Shown here piece after piece: positions 9,208 to 17,376 of a stretch of 56,614 nt of DNA. This stretch comes from Myxococcales bacterium (GTDB taxonomy: Bacteria > Myxococcota_A > UBA796 > SXON01), in contig SHYV01000001.1 of assembly GCA_009692605.1 (NCBI GenBank), positions 1 through 56,614 on the forward strand, written 5' to 3'. Positions within the stretch are counted from its first letter, which is position 1; every line of letters begins with the position of its first letter. Both the position numbers and the translations under genes were made by a program. A model generated the notes under the pieces. That model ran no database searches and was not told the origin of the DNA. It worked only from the letters and a program-made list of their open reading frames with translations.

Positions 9208-9849
9208 ATGGACCGGCAACATCCATGGTGCCCCGTGCTCCTCGTCCGCCTTGTCCTCTTGATGATGTCCCCCATCACGCGCCCTGCGGGTGACGAGGAG
9301 TCCGCCCCCCCCGACGGCGAGCCGATGGTCTTGGCCGTTCGGACGGCGTCGGAGCTTAAAAACACCCTGCCCCGGCTCGATGATCTCGATCGGCTCGGCG
9401 TAGGCCTGATCGCCGTCGACCCGCGGGTCCGCGCCCGCATCCCCGACATGCTCGCGCTCGGGCGGGCAGCGCGTCTCAGGGGGGTGGGGGTGGTCGTGGG
9501 GCGGGGGGGAGGGCGGGGGGGAGGGCCGAGCGCAGGTTGGGCGGAGGGGAGCACGGGTGAGGCTCGGCTGCGGGTGGCGGGGCTGCTCTTGTCCCGGCAC
9601 CCCGTGCTGACCCTCGCAGACCTCGATGATCCGCTGATCGTCGCGCTCGCGCTGGTGCGCCGGCAGCTGATCGATGGGACGCGCCTGATGCCATGGGCAC
9701 CGCCGGGGGGGCTGGTTTTCGAGCGCCTGAGCCGGGGACGCCGCCTGTTCGTCGCGCTGGACGGCGGGGGGGACGGCGGGGGGGACGGCGGGGGGCGCGA
9801 CAGCCTCGTGGTCGAAGGGGCGGGGTACTGCGTGTGGTGGGTGGAGTAG
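9208..9849 (+). CDS. Hypothetical protein with internal Gly-rich tracts (first gene of the kinase cassette)
   Basis: A 213-codon ORF with strong G/C third-position bias. It lies on the same strand as the kinase gene, 54 nt upstream of it. I recognised no family motif. The start is uncertain and no obvious SD is present. Confidence 0.45.
   Translation: MDRQHPWCPVLLVRLVLLMMSPITRPAGDEESAPPDGEPMVLAVRTASELKNTLPRLDDLDRLGVGLIAVDPRVRARIPDMLALGRAARLRGVGVVVGRGGGRGGGPSAGWAEGSTGEARLRVAGLLLSRHPVLTLADLDDPLIVALALVRRQLIDGTRLMPWAPPGGLVFERLSRGRRLFVALDGGGDGGGDGGGRDSLVVEGAGYCVWWVE
9479..9525 (+). repeat. Dense G-tract run (G-quadruplex-capable) inside the CDS
   Basis: G-runs of 6, 5, 2, 4, 7, 3, 7 and 3 separated by 1-4 nt, encoding GVGVVVGRGGGRGGG. 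Confidence 0.6.
9760..9795 (+). repeat. Perfect 12-bp tandem repeat (GACGGCGGGGGG) x3
   Basis: Three identical in-frame units encoding (DGGG)3. Confidence 0.9.
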
Positions 9850-9903
9850 GGTCGGGCCCAAGGGGAGCGCCGCTGACTCACCGAGACGCGCTACACTCCC
9901 GCG

Positions 9904-11838
9904 ATGATCACCGGTCTGGATCACCGCGTCCTCCACGAATACCCTTGGCCGATCGCCGACGCCTGGAAGCGCGTGCTCAACGCCCGTCCCGGCGCAGACC
10001 GGCTGCGCCAACAGCGTGTGTGCATCGGCGTGATCGTCCGCTGGCTCTGCGCGGTCACGCTCGCCGAGTACCGGCTGGGGCCGACGGACCCGAAGACGGA
10101 TCGATTCGTGGACGAGAAGCTGCGCGAGTTCAGCGACGGCTCCTGGCGCCTCATACTGAACAACCTCACCGCGCTGATCAAGACGCGGCGCCGTCGTTTC
10201 TGCGACGATCTCGTCTTTGGGATGCGCGACGACGCCGGCAACGAGGGGCCGCTTCAGGTCGCGCTGATCCAGGCGATCGCGGCTCGGAACAACGAAGCGC
10301 ACACCAAGGACAGCACCCCATCTGGCGAGTTCGCGCACTGCCAACGGTTTCAGGAAGCGCTCACTCAGGTCCTCAGCGAGGCCGCGTTTCTGGCCTCGTA
10401 CCGAGCGTTCACCGCCGACGTCAGCGCCGGCACGAACGGGCGTCACACCGGGCGCGGCCAGTGCCTGGCCGGGGATGGGCTGTCCGAAGACGTGGACATG
10501 TCGGAGCCGCTGCTGAAGGACGCCGTGTACTGGATCCGGCCCGACGCTCGCAGCGCGCTGCTCCTCCACCCCTACGTCGCCGCCGACCGGGACGGCAACG
10601 GGGACGTCGCGGTCTTGGTGTGCGACCGCGTAGTAGGCGGCACGATCTCGCTGAGCTCCCCCTCGCATCCGAACCGCGACAAGGAGTTCTCCTTACACGC
10701 CGCGAAGTGGGTTGAGATCGACGAGCGGCTGGGCGGGCTCCGGTACCCACGTCCCCTCCCAGAAGCGCGCGTTTTGGAGGTGCCCGCGGCAGCCCTCGGG
10801 CCCGCAGCTCAGCCCCCCGCTGGCCCCGCGCCGACGTCGATCGACAACCCCCTCACCACGCTCTTCGAGATCTTGGAGCCCCTCGGGAGCGGCGGCATGG
10901 CGCGCGTCTTCCGAGCTCGCGATCGGCGGACAGGCGCGGAGTGCGCGGTGAAGGTAATACACCACGATCTGGTCAGCAGCCCGGTGGCGATCGAGCGCTT
11001 TCAGCGAGAGTATCGGGATCTCTCGGCCATCGCCTCGGATCACGTCGTGCCGGTCATGGCCGAGGGCACGCTCGCGGACGGACGACGCTGGATCCAGATG
11101 GGCCTGATGTGCGGGAGCCTGCAACAGAGCGTTCAAGCAGGAGGACAACCGTTGGCGGTGCTCCTGCCATGGGCCGAGCAGATGCTCCGTGCGGTCGTCG
11201 CTCTGCACGCCGCGAACATCATCCACCGGGACATCAAGCCCTCGAACTTCCTCGTCGACAATCAAGGCCGCGTGCGGCTCAGCGACCTAGGCGTCGCATT
11301 TCGACCCGGGGACCCGTCGCTCACGCTCACCGGAGAAGGGGTCGGCACCGCCCGGTACATGGCGCCCGAGACGCGGCAGAGCGGCCTGTGCACCCCCCGG
11401 AGCGACCTCTGGTCGTTGGCGCTGACGCTCCATGAGCTGCACACCGGCGTCTGGGTCCCTCACCCGGGCGAAGGGGTGAACGGCGTGTTCGGCGCGTTCC
11501 TGCGTTGCCTTGGCGCACCGAGCCCGACCGCGCGACCCAGTGACGCGCAGGCGACGAACATGCTGGCGCAGGCCCTGCGCGAGGACCTCAAAGGGGCCGT
11601 GCCGACGGCGTCCCCGGCGGCGTCCCCGCCATCGTCGTCGACCGAGAGGGCGCCGAACGTGGCTGCCGTGAGCCTCGCGATCCCGGCCGCCGCCGCGACC
11701 GGGGCCCTGGCTGCAGGGGTGATCGCGCTCGCGGTGCTCGGGAGCGCTGGAGCCGGACACGGCGGGAAGGCCTTAGGCCGCGCGCTTGGACAGGCGGCTC
11801 TGGCGGGAGCGCTTCGGGGGAAGAGGGGGAGGAGGTAG
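9904..11838 (+). CDS. Hanks-type Ser/Thr kinase with an unassigned ~300-aa N-terminal domain and a C-terminal hydrophobic tail anchor
   Basis: Kinase motifs LGSGGMARVF, AVKVI, HRDIKPSN, DLG (a DFG variant) and YMAPE occupy the second half. The C-terminal Ala-rich helix is AIPAAAATGALAAGVIALAVLG. The N-terminal half (HEYPWPIADAWKRVL...) matches no motif I recognise. Confidence 0.85.
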   Translation: MITGLDHRVLHEYPWPIADAWKRVLNARPGADRLRQQRVCIGVIVRWLCAVTLAEYRLGPTDPKTDRFVDEKLREFSDGSWRLILNNLTALIKTRRRRFCDDLVFGMRDDAGNEGPLQVALIQAIAARNNEAHTKDSTPSGEFAHCQRFQEALTQVLSEAAFLASYRAFTADVSAGTNGRHTGRGQCLAGDGLSEDVDMSEPLLKDAVYWIRPDARSALLLHPYVAADRDGNGDVAVLVCDRVVGGTISLSSPSHPNRDKEFSLHAAKWVEIDERLGGLRYPRPLPEARVLEVPAAALGPAAQPPAGPAPTSIDNPLTTLFEILEPLGSGGMARVFRARDRRTGAECAVKVIHHDLVSSPVAIERFQREYRDLSAIASDHVVPVMAEGTLADGRRWIQMGLMCGSLQQSVQAGGQPLAVLLPWAEQMLRAVVALHAANIIHRDIKPSNFLVDNQGRVRLSDLGVAFRPGDPSLTLTGEGVGTARYMAPETRQSGLCTPRSDLWSLALTLHELHTGVWVPHPGEGVNGVFGAFLRCLGAPSPTARPSDAQATNMLAQALREDLKGAVPTASPAASPPSSSTERAPNVAAVSLAIPAAAATGALAAGVIALAVLGSAGAGHGGKALGRALGQAALAGALRGKRGRR

Positions 11839-11842
11839 CCCC

Positions 11843-12988
11843 ATGAGCGCCTACTACGACCGCACCCTGCCCGAACCCCTGTTCCGACACGTCCGGCCCG
11901 GCGGCGGCCTTGATTGGCTCCCCGGCTGGCTGCGCTCCCCAAAGGCCATCGAACGCCGGGCCCGCGTCGAGCTCCGCCGCAACGACGACGATCACAAGCA
12001 CGGCGCCCTCATGATCTACATGGGCCGGAGCCGGCCGCTCGTCGTCATCGGCGGCGCGCTCGGCGAGGTCCGTATCGATGCCGCAGACGCCTACAAGCAC
12101 CAGCGCCCTGGCATTTTCGGTCCGCGCGCCGCCTCGGCGGTGCCCGGCCTGAAGACCGAGCTGCAGACCTACCTGAACGAGTGCCGGGTTGGCGACGACT
12201 TCCTTGAAGGGGAGGGCGCGGTCCAGGGTGCCTTCGCCCGAAGGTACACTCTCGATCACGTCGCCGGCGAGCCGCTGATCGTGGACACCGAGGTGCGATT
12301 GGGGTTCGTGAAGTCGGGAGGGTTGACGGGCACCGCGCACCGCAACGCACTGCACGATCGCCTGCGGCGCGAACACCCGACGTTCGTCGGGACCAAGTCA
12401 ACGCCGACCAAGCTGGATGCGGCCGCGATCCTGCCGTCCGGCGATCTGGGGGTAATCGAACTGAAGAAGGAGAAGGGGGACCTCGCCGAGGCGGTCCGGC
12501 AGGTCGCAGCGCACGTTTTCGCGTTTCCAATTCTCGGAGCAACCCTGATCGGCGGCGTCGACAAGCTGGTCGACCAGAAGGTGGAGAGCGGATTTTTGCC
12601 GGCCGGCCGTGCACCCCTACAAAGAAGCCGGCCGATTCCCATCATCGCGGCCCCGGACTCGGATCCGCGCTGGGCGGACCGTTGGCGCCGGGATTGCGCG
12701 AATTCGGGAGCACCATCGAGGAGGTTTGGACCCGGCTACTTCCCACGTCCAAGGTCCGCTATCGTATGGTCGACAATCAGCCATTGCTCCGATCCACCCC
12801 GGAGATCGCCGAGCGGTACGGGGAGCTTGGGTCGTAAAGTTCCATTTCAGCGCGCCTCACCGATCGGATCTGGGCGGCCGCTCGTCCTGAGCAAGGCGAG
12901 TTTCGTGCGCCTCGCGTGTTCGCGAGGTCGACGTTCGCGTTTAGCTCGACGGGGCTACCAACCGACAACCGAGCCGGCCACCGGCTAG
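11843..12988 (+). CDS. PD-(D/E)xK nuclease-like protein (3' end doubtful, possible frameshift)
   Basis: The ATG at 11843 lies 4 nt after the kinase stop (TAG 11836-11838). The core reads KLDAAAILPSGDLGVIELKKEKGD...RQVAAH, which fits D-x13-E-x-K plus a following Q-helix. After about 12690 the annotated frame becomes R/S/P-rich. A second frame reads protein-like up to TAA 12835-12837. Confidence 0.6.
   Translation: MSAYYDRTLPEPLFRHVRPGGGLDWLPGWLRSPKAIERRARVELRRNDDDHKHGALMIYMGRSRPLVVIGGALGEVRIDAADAYKHQRPGIFGPRAASAVPGLKTELQTYLNECRVGDDFLEGEGAVQGAFARRYTLDHVAGEPLIVDTEVRLGFVKSGGLTGTAHRNALHDRLRREHPTFVGTKSTPTKLDAAAILPSGDLGVIELKKEKGDLAEAVRQVAAHVFAFPILGATLIGGVDKLVDQKVESGFLPAGRAPLQRSRPIPIIAAPDSDPRWADRWRRDCANSGAPSRRFGPGYFPRPRSAIVWSTISHCSDPPRRSPSGTGSLGRKVPFQRASPIGSGRPLVLSKASFVRLACSRGRRSRLARRGYQPTTEPATG
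12910..12927 (+). terminator. Weak hairpin, possible terminator of the kinase cassette
   Basis: CCTCGCG-TGTT-CGCGAGG (7-bp GC stem, 4-nt loop) followed by a poor T-tract (TCGACGTTCGCGTTT). It is only meaningful if the upstream gene really ends at 12837. Confidence 0.2.
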
Positions 12989-13016
12989 GTTACTCCCGCC
13001 GCCCCGGCCCGCCTCC

Positions 13017-14096
13017 ATGCCCCCCACCACCGTCCACCTCCTCGGCCTCCTCCCCGAAGACCTCGTCGCCCACATGGAGGCGGCGGGAGAGCGCTGCTCC
13101 CTGACCGAAGCGCGTCAGGTGCTCTCCCGGATCATCTCGGAGGGCGCGGCCGACCCGACGCCCCGCCGCGAGCCCCGCCGGGCGCTGGTCGAAGCCATTC
13201 GCCGGCAAACCACCTGGGAGCGTCTGGAGGTGCTCGAGCGCGTGCCCGACGAGGAAGGCAAGAGCGTGCGCTACCTGTTTCGCTCTCCAGACGGCGCGCT
13301 GTCCGAGGCGGTCCGCATCGGTCTGCTCAAGCCCGACCACTACACCGTCTGCTTGTCCTCTCAGGTCGGCTGCGCGATGCAATGCGCGTTCTGCGCGACC
13401 GGACGGCTCGGGCTCACTCGGAACCTCGCCCCATGGGAGATCATCTCGGCCTTTTTGACGGTGCGGGATGAGACCCCAGGCCGCGTCAACGGCGCGGTCT
13501 TCATGGGTCAGGGCGAGCCCTTCCACTCCTACGACGCGGTGATCCAGACCGCCCGAATCTTGTGCAACCCCGCGGGCGGCCGGGTCGCGAAGGAGAACAT
13601 CACCATCTCCACGGTGGGCCTGGTCCCGCAGATTCGCCGGTACACGCGAGAACTACAGCCATACAAGCTCATCATCTCGCTCACATCCACCGTAGCGGCG
13701 CGCCGGGCGGAGCTCCTGCCGGTAGCTGGGCGGACCCCGCTGGCCGAGCTGGTCGCCGCGATCCGGGAGTACGCCACGATCGCGCAAGACCGCGTCACCG
13801 TGGCCTGGGTCGTGCTCGGCGGGGTGAACACCGGCGACGACGAGGTGGAAGGGCTACGCGCGATGCTGAGCGACCTGCCCCTGCGCATCAACCTGATCGA
13901 CGTGAACGACGGCCGGTCGGAGCGCGACGGCGGGTTCAGGCGGGCGACGCCCGCGGAGCTATCGGAGCTCCTGAACCGGCTGCAGGTGCTCCGGGTGCCG
14001 GTGGTGCGCCGCTACTCGGTGGGGCAGGACAAAGACTCGGCGTGTGGGATGTTGGCGGGGCGGCGGACCGCCTCGTCCGTGCCGTCGAGCACCTGA
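13017..14096 (+). CDS. rlmN: Radical SAM 23S rRNA/tRNA (adenine-C2)-methyltransferase, RlmN family
   Basis: Radical SAM cluster motif GCAMQCAFCATG, GEP motif FMGQGEP, and the conserved C-terminal Cys in DSACGML. Confidence 0.85.
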   Translation: MPPTTVHLLGLLPEDLVAHMEAAGERCSLTEARQVLSRIISEGAADPTPRREPRRALVEAIRRQTTWERLEVLERVPDEEGKSVRYLFRSPDGALSEAVRIGLLKPDHYTVCLSSQVGCAMQCAFCATGRLGLTRNLAPWEIISAFLTVRDETPGRVNGAVFMGQGEPFHSYDAVIQTARILCNPAGGRVAKENITISTVGLVPQIRRYTRELQPYKLIISLTSTVAARRAELLPVAGRTPLAELVAAIREYATIAQDRVTVAWVVLGGVNTGDDEVEGLRAMLSDLPLRINLIDVNDGRSERDGGFRRATPAELSELLNRLQVLRVPVVRRYSVGQDKDSACGMLAGRRTASSVPSST

Positions 14097-14110
14097 GTAT
14101 CGATCGGCGC

Positions 14111-14138
14111 TTGACTCAGCCGCGCGTTTCCATAGAAT
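14111..14138 (+). promoter_or_regulatory. Sigma-70-like promoter candidate for the liv-type operon
   Basis: TTGACT (14111-14116), a 16-bp spacer, then TAGAAT (14133-14138), about 35 nt upstream of the ATG at 14173. Confidence 0.35.
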
Positions 14139-14172
14139 CCAGCCAACTTTCGGAGTCCCCTTGTCCAGCTTC

Positions 14173-15510
14173 ATGTCCGCCGCCCTCCCCGCCGCCCTCC
14201 CCGCCGCCCTCGCCCTGCTCCTGCTCCCCTCATGCGCCGGCGACCCCGTCGTCCCGGTGAGAGAGATCGTCGTCGGGGAGTATGGCTCGCTCACCGGCGC
14301 ACAGGCGACGTTCGGCATCTCCACCCGGAACGGCATCGACCTCGCCACCGACGCGCTGAACGAGAAAGGGGGCATTCATGGCGTGAAGGTGCGCATCGTC
14401 GTGGAGGACGATCAGGGCAAGCCGGAGGAGGCGGCCACCGCCGTCGGCAAGATCATCTCGCAGGACCGCCCCGTCGCGGTGCTGGGTGAGGTCGCGTCCA
14501 CCAACTCGCTCGCCGCCGCCCCCATGCTGCAGGCGAACGGCATCGCGATGATCTCCCCGTCGTCGACCAACCCCAAGGTGACCGAGCAGGGCGACTTCAT
14601 CTTCCGCGTCTGCTTCATCGACCCCTTCCAGGGCACTGCGGTCGCCACGTTCGCCTACAATTCCAAGGCGCTGCGAAACGTCGGCATCCTCAAGGACGTC
14701 AAGAGCGACTACTCCACCGGCCTCGCCCAGTTCTTCACCGAGACGTTCACCGCCATGGGCGGGACCATCGCGGACGAAGAGGCCTACTCACAGGGCGACG
14801 TAGACTTCAAGGCCCAGCTCACCTCGATGATCGCCAAGAGCCCCGACGCCATCTTCATCCCCGGCTACTACACAGACGTCGGGCTCATCGCCCGACAGGC
14901 CCGCGAGCTAGGCTTCAAGGGGCCGTTCCTCGGCGGCGACGGCTGGGACAGCGCGGAGCTCACGAAGATCGGCGGCGAGGCCATCACCGGCGGGTACTTC
15001 ACCAACCACTACGCCGTCGACGACCCGAACCCCATCGTCCAGGACTTCATCGCGAAGTACGATGCGAAGTACCACGAGAAGCCGGATGGGCTGGCCGCGC
15101 TCGGGTACGACTCGGCCATGGTGCTCTACGCGGCGATGACCGAGATCGCGAAGGATCCGAAGGTGCTGGAGGCGTTGGCCGACCGCTCGTCGGTCCCGGC
15201 CACCGAGGGCTCACGAAAAGCGGCTCGTGCCGCGCTGCGCGACCAGCTCGCGAAGACCGCCGGGTTCCCCGGCGTGACCGGCAACATCACCATCGACGAA
15301 AAGCGAAACGCACAGAAGCCCGCCGTGGTCGTCGAAGTCACCGAAAAGGGAAACAAGTTCGTCGAATCGATCGCGCCCGCCTCGGCCACCGCCGACCCGG
15401 CCGCTGCCCCGGTGGACCCCGCTGCGCCGCCCGCCGCTGCCCCGGTGGACCCCGCTGCGCCGCCCGCCGCGGCGCCCGCCAGCGCGCCCGCCGCCGTCAC
15501 CACGCCGTAG
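14173..15510 (+). CDS. Branched-chain amino acid ABC transporter substrate-binding lipoprotein (LivJ/LivK family) with a Pro/Ala-rich C-terminal tail
   Basis: ATG at 14173 gives the lipoprotein signal MSAALPAALPAALALLLLPSCAG. The body is type I periplasmic-binding-fold-like (VAVLGEVASTNSLAAAP, FIPGYYTDVG). Permease genes follow directly. Confidence 0.85.
   Translation: MSAALPAALPAALALLLLPSCAGDPVVPVREIVVGEYGSLTGAQATFGISTRNGIDLATDALNEKGGIHGVKVRIVVEDDQGKPEEAATAVGKIISQDRPVAVLGEVASTNSLAAAPMLQANGIAMISPSSTNPKVTEQGDFIFRVCFIDPFQGTAVATFAYNSKALRNVGILKDVKSDYSTGLAQFFTETFTAMGGTIADEEAYSQGDVDFKAQLTSMIAKSPDAIFIPGYYTDVGLIARQARELGFKGPFLGGDGWDSAELTKIGGEAITGGYFTNHYAVDDPNPIVQDFIAKYDAKYHEKPDGLAALGYDSAMVLYAAMTEIAKDPKVLEALADRSSVPATEGSRKAARAALRDQLAKTAGFPGVTGNITIDEKRNAQKPAVVVEVTEKGNKFVESIAPASATADPAAAPVDPAAPPAAAPVDPAAPPAAAPASAPAAVTTP
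15400..15465 (+). repeat. Perfect 33-bp tandem duplication in the binding-protein tail
   Basis: GCCGCTGCCCCGGTGGACCCCGCTGCGCCGCCC x2, encoding AAAPVDPAAPP twice. Confidence 0.9.
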
Positions 15511-15522
15511 CGGCCCGACCCG

Positions 15523-16422
15523 ATGACCGTTTTTCTCCAGCAGCTCATCAACGGCCTGTCGCTCGGGGCGATCTACGCCCTGATCGCGCTTGGCTACACC
15601 ATGGTCTACGGCACCCTGCAGCTCATCAACTTCGCGCACAGCGAGGTGTTCATGATGGGGGCTTTCGCGTCGTTGTACCTCGCACGTTGGAGCGGAGCCG
15701 ATCAGGACCCGACGCTGGTCTCGGTGTGCTTCGTGATCGTGGGCACCATGGCGTTCTGCGCGATCCTCGGGATGGCGATCGAGCGGCTGGCCTACCGGCC
15801 GCTCCGAAAGTCCGGCCGCCTCAACCTGCTGATCACCGCCATCGGCGTGTCGATGCTGCTCCGGAACGGCACCCTCATCGCAGCGGGCCCGCTCGCGAGC
15901 TTTCCGACGTTGCTCCCGCAGACCCAATGGCAGCTCGCCGAGGGCCTCAGCCTGCGCAGCATGGACGTCATCACCCTGTCCGTCACGCTCGTGCTCATGG
16001 TCGCGCTGCACCACATCGTCGAGCGCACCCAGATGGGCCGCGCGATGCGCGCCGTGAGCCACAGCCGTGACGCCGCCGCGCTGATGGGAATCCCAGTGGA
16101 TCGGGTGATCGCCTTCACCTTCGCGCTGGGCTCCTGTCTGGCTGGGGCTGCCGCGTTCCTCCGAGCCGTCGACATGCACAAGATCGACCCCGAAATGGGG
16201 ACGAACATGGGGCTCAAGGCGTTCGTCGCCGCCGTCGTCGGCGGGATCGGGTCCATCCCGGGCGCTGTCGTGGGGGCCATCCTGCTCGGCCTGTCCGAGA
16301 CCTTCGTCAGCGGGTACCTGACGAGCACCTACCGCGACGCCATCGCCTTCTGCCTCCTCATCGTCATCCTGCTGGTGCGTCCTGCCGGCCTGCTCGGCAA
16401 ACACGCCCCGGAGAAGGTCTGA
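15523..16422 (+). CDS. livH: Branched-chain amino acid ABC transporter permease
   Basis: The N-terminus FLQQLINGLSLGAIYALIALGYTMVYG is typical of LivH. Polytopic membrane protein. Confidence 0.9.
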   Translation: MTVFLQQLINGLSLGAIYALIALGYTMVYGTLQLINFAHSEVFMMGAFASLYLARWSGADQDPTLVSVCFVIVGTMAFCAILGMAIERLAYRPLRKSGRLNLLITAIGVSMLLRNGTLIAAGPLASFPTLLPQTQWQLAEGLSLRSMDVITLSVTLVLMVALHHIVERTQMGRAMRAVSHSRDAAALMGIPVDRVIAFTFALGSCLAGAAAFLRAVDMHKIDPEMGTNMGLKAFVAAVVGGIGSIPGAVVGAILLGLSETFVSGYLTSTYRDAIAFCLLIVILLVRPAGLLGKHAPEKV

Positions 16423-17372
16423 TGACCCGCGGCGCGATGATCGGCTGGGCCGCGATGGCGGCCGGCATCGCCATCGTCTGGGCAATCCAGATCTACGCCG
16501 TGCCCTGGACCGACCCCTACCTGACCGACATCATCGTCCGCGTGGGCATGAGCCTGCTGGCGGTGATGGGGCTCGCGCTGGTCCTCGGGTTCACCGGGCA
16601 GTTCTCGCTCGGCCACGCGGGCTTCATGGCGGTCGGGGCCTACACGGCGGGGGCGCTGGTGCACTACACGCACGTCCACCCCGTGGTGGGCATCCTCGCG
16701 GGGGCGCTCGCTGCCGCGTTCGTCGGCGTGCTCGTCGGGCTGCCTAGCCTCCGACTGACCGGCGATTACCTCGCCGTCGTGACCTTAGGCTTCAACGGGA
16801 TCATCATCGTCCTCATCCAGAACGCGGAGTGGCTGGGCGGGGCGAAGGGGCTCATCGGGCTGCCCACGTTCACCAACTTCGGCTGGACCTTCACGTTCGT
16901 GATCATCGGGGGCGTCGCGATCCGCAACGTCATCGCCAGCGCCCAGGGGCGGGTGTTCGAAGCCGTTCGCGACAACGAGATCGCCACCCGGTCGCTGGGC
17001 ATCGACACCACCCGGGCCAAGGTGACCGCCTTCGTCTTCGGTGCCTTCTGGGCCGGGATCGCCGGAGGACTGGTGGCGTTCCACCGCGGGTCGATCTTCC
17101 CGACCCAGTTCCAATACGATCGCTCGATCGAGCTGGTCACCATGGTCGTCCTCGGGGGCACCGGCTCGCTCTCGGGGCCGCTCATCGCATCATCGGTGCT
17201 GACCGCCTTACCCGAAATCCTCCGGCCGATCGCTCAATACCGCATGGTGATCTACGCGCTGCTGCTCATCGGAATGATGATCCTGCGCCCCTCGGGCCTG
17301 CTCGGCGCCCGCGAGCTGACCGAGGTGGTCGCCGGCTGGTACCGCGCGCTGCGCCGCCATCGGGCCGCCTGA
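16422..17372 (+). CDS. livM: Branched-chain amino acid ABC transporter permease
   Basis: The ATG overlaps the livH stop by 1 nt. LivM-type motifs GQFSLGHAGFMAVGAY and LGGAKG. Confidence 0.9.
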   Translation: MTRGAMIGWAAMAAGIAIVWAIQIYAVPWTDPYLTDIIVRVGMSLLAVMGLALVLGFTGQFSLGHAGFMAVGAYTAGALVHYTHVHPVVGILAGALAAAFVGVLVGLPSLRLTGDYLAVVTLGFNGIIIVLIQNAEWLGGAKGLIGLPTFTNFGWTFTFVIIGGVAIRNVIASAQGRVFEAVRDNEIATRSLGIDTTRAKVTAFVFGAFWAGIAGGLVAFHRGSIFPTQFQYDRSIELVTMVVLGGTGSLSGPLIASSVLTALPEILRPIAQYRMVIYALLLIGMMILRPSGLLGARELTEVVAGWYRALRRHRAA

Positions 17373-17376
17373 GACC

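Noticed and set aside
9108-10668. Minus-strand ORFs 9108-9881 (257 aa, PPSPPPSPPPS...) and 9169-10668 (499 aa)
   Set aside because: They are antisense to the Gly-tract ORF and to the N-terminal half of the kinase. The proline repeats are merely the complement of the GGG codon runs. The composition is low-complexity and no domain signatures are present.
14044-14172. Upstream extended starts offered by the ORF track (for example 14044 for the binding protein, 31111 for dnaA, 29206 for dnaN, 3780 for the lectin, 18666 for the lipoprotein, 40082 for asnS, 25242 for the DUF4340-like gene)
   Set aside because: The extensions overlap the preceding gene or intergenic promoter or origin DNA and read as Arg/Pro-rich text. 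Internal starts give canonical N-termini or signal peptides and sensible intergenic spacing.
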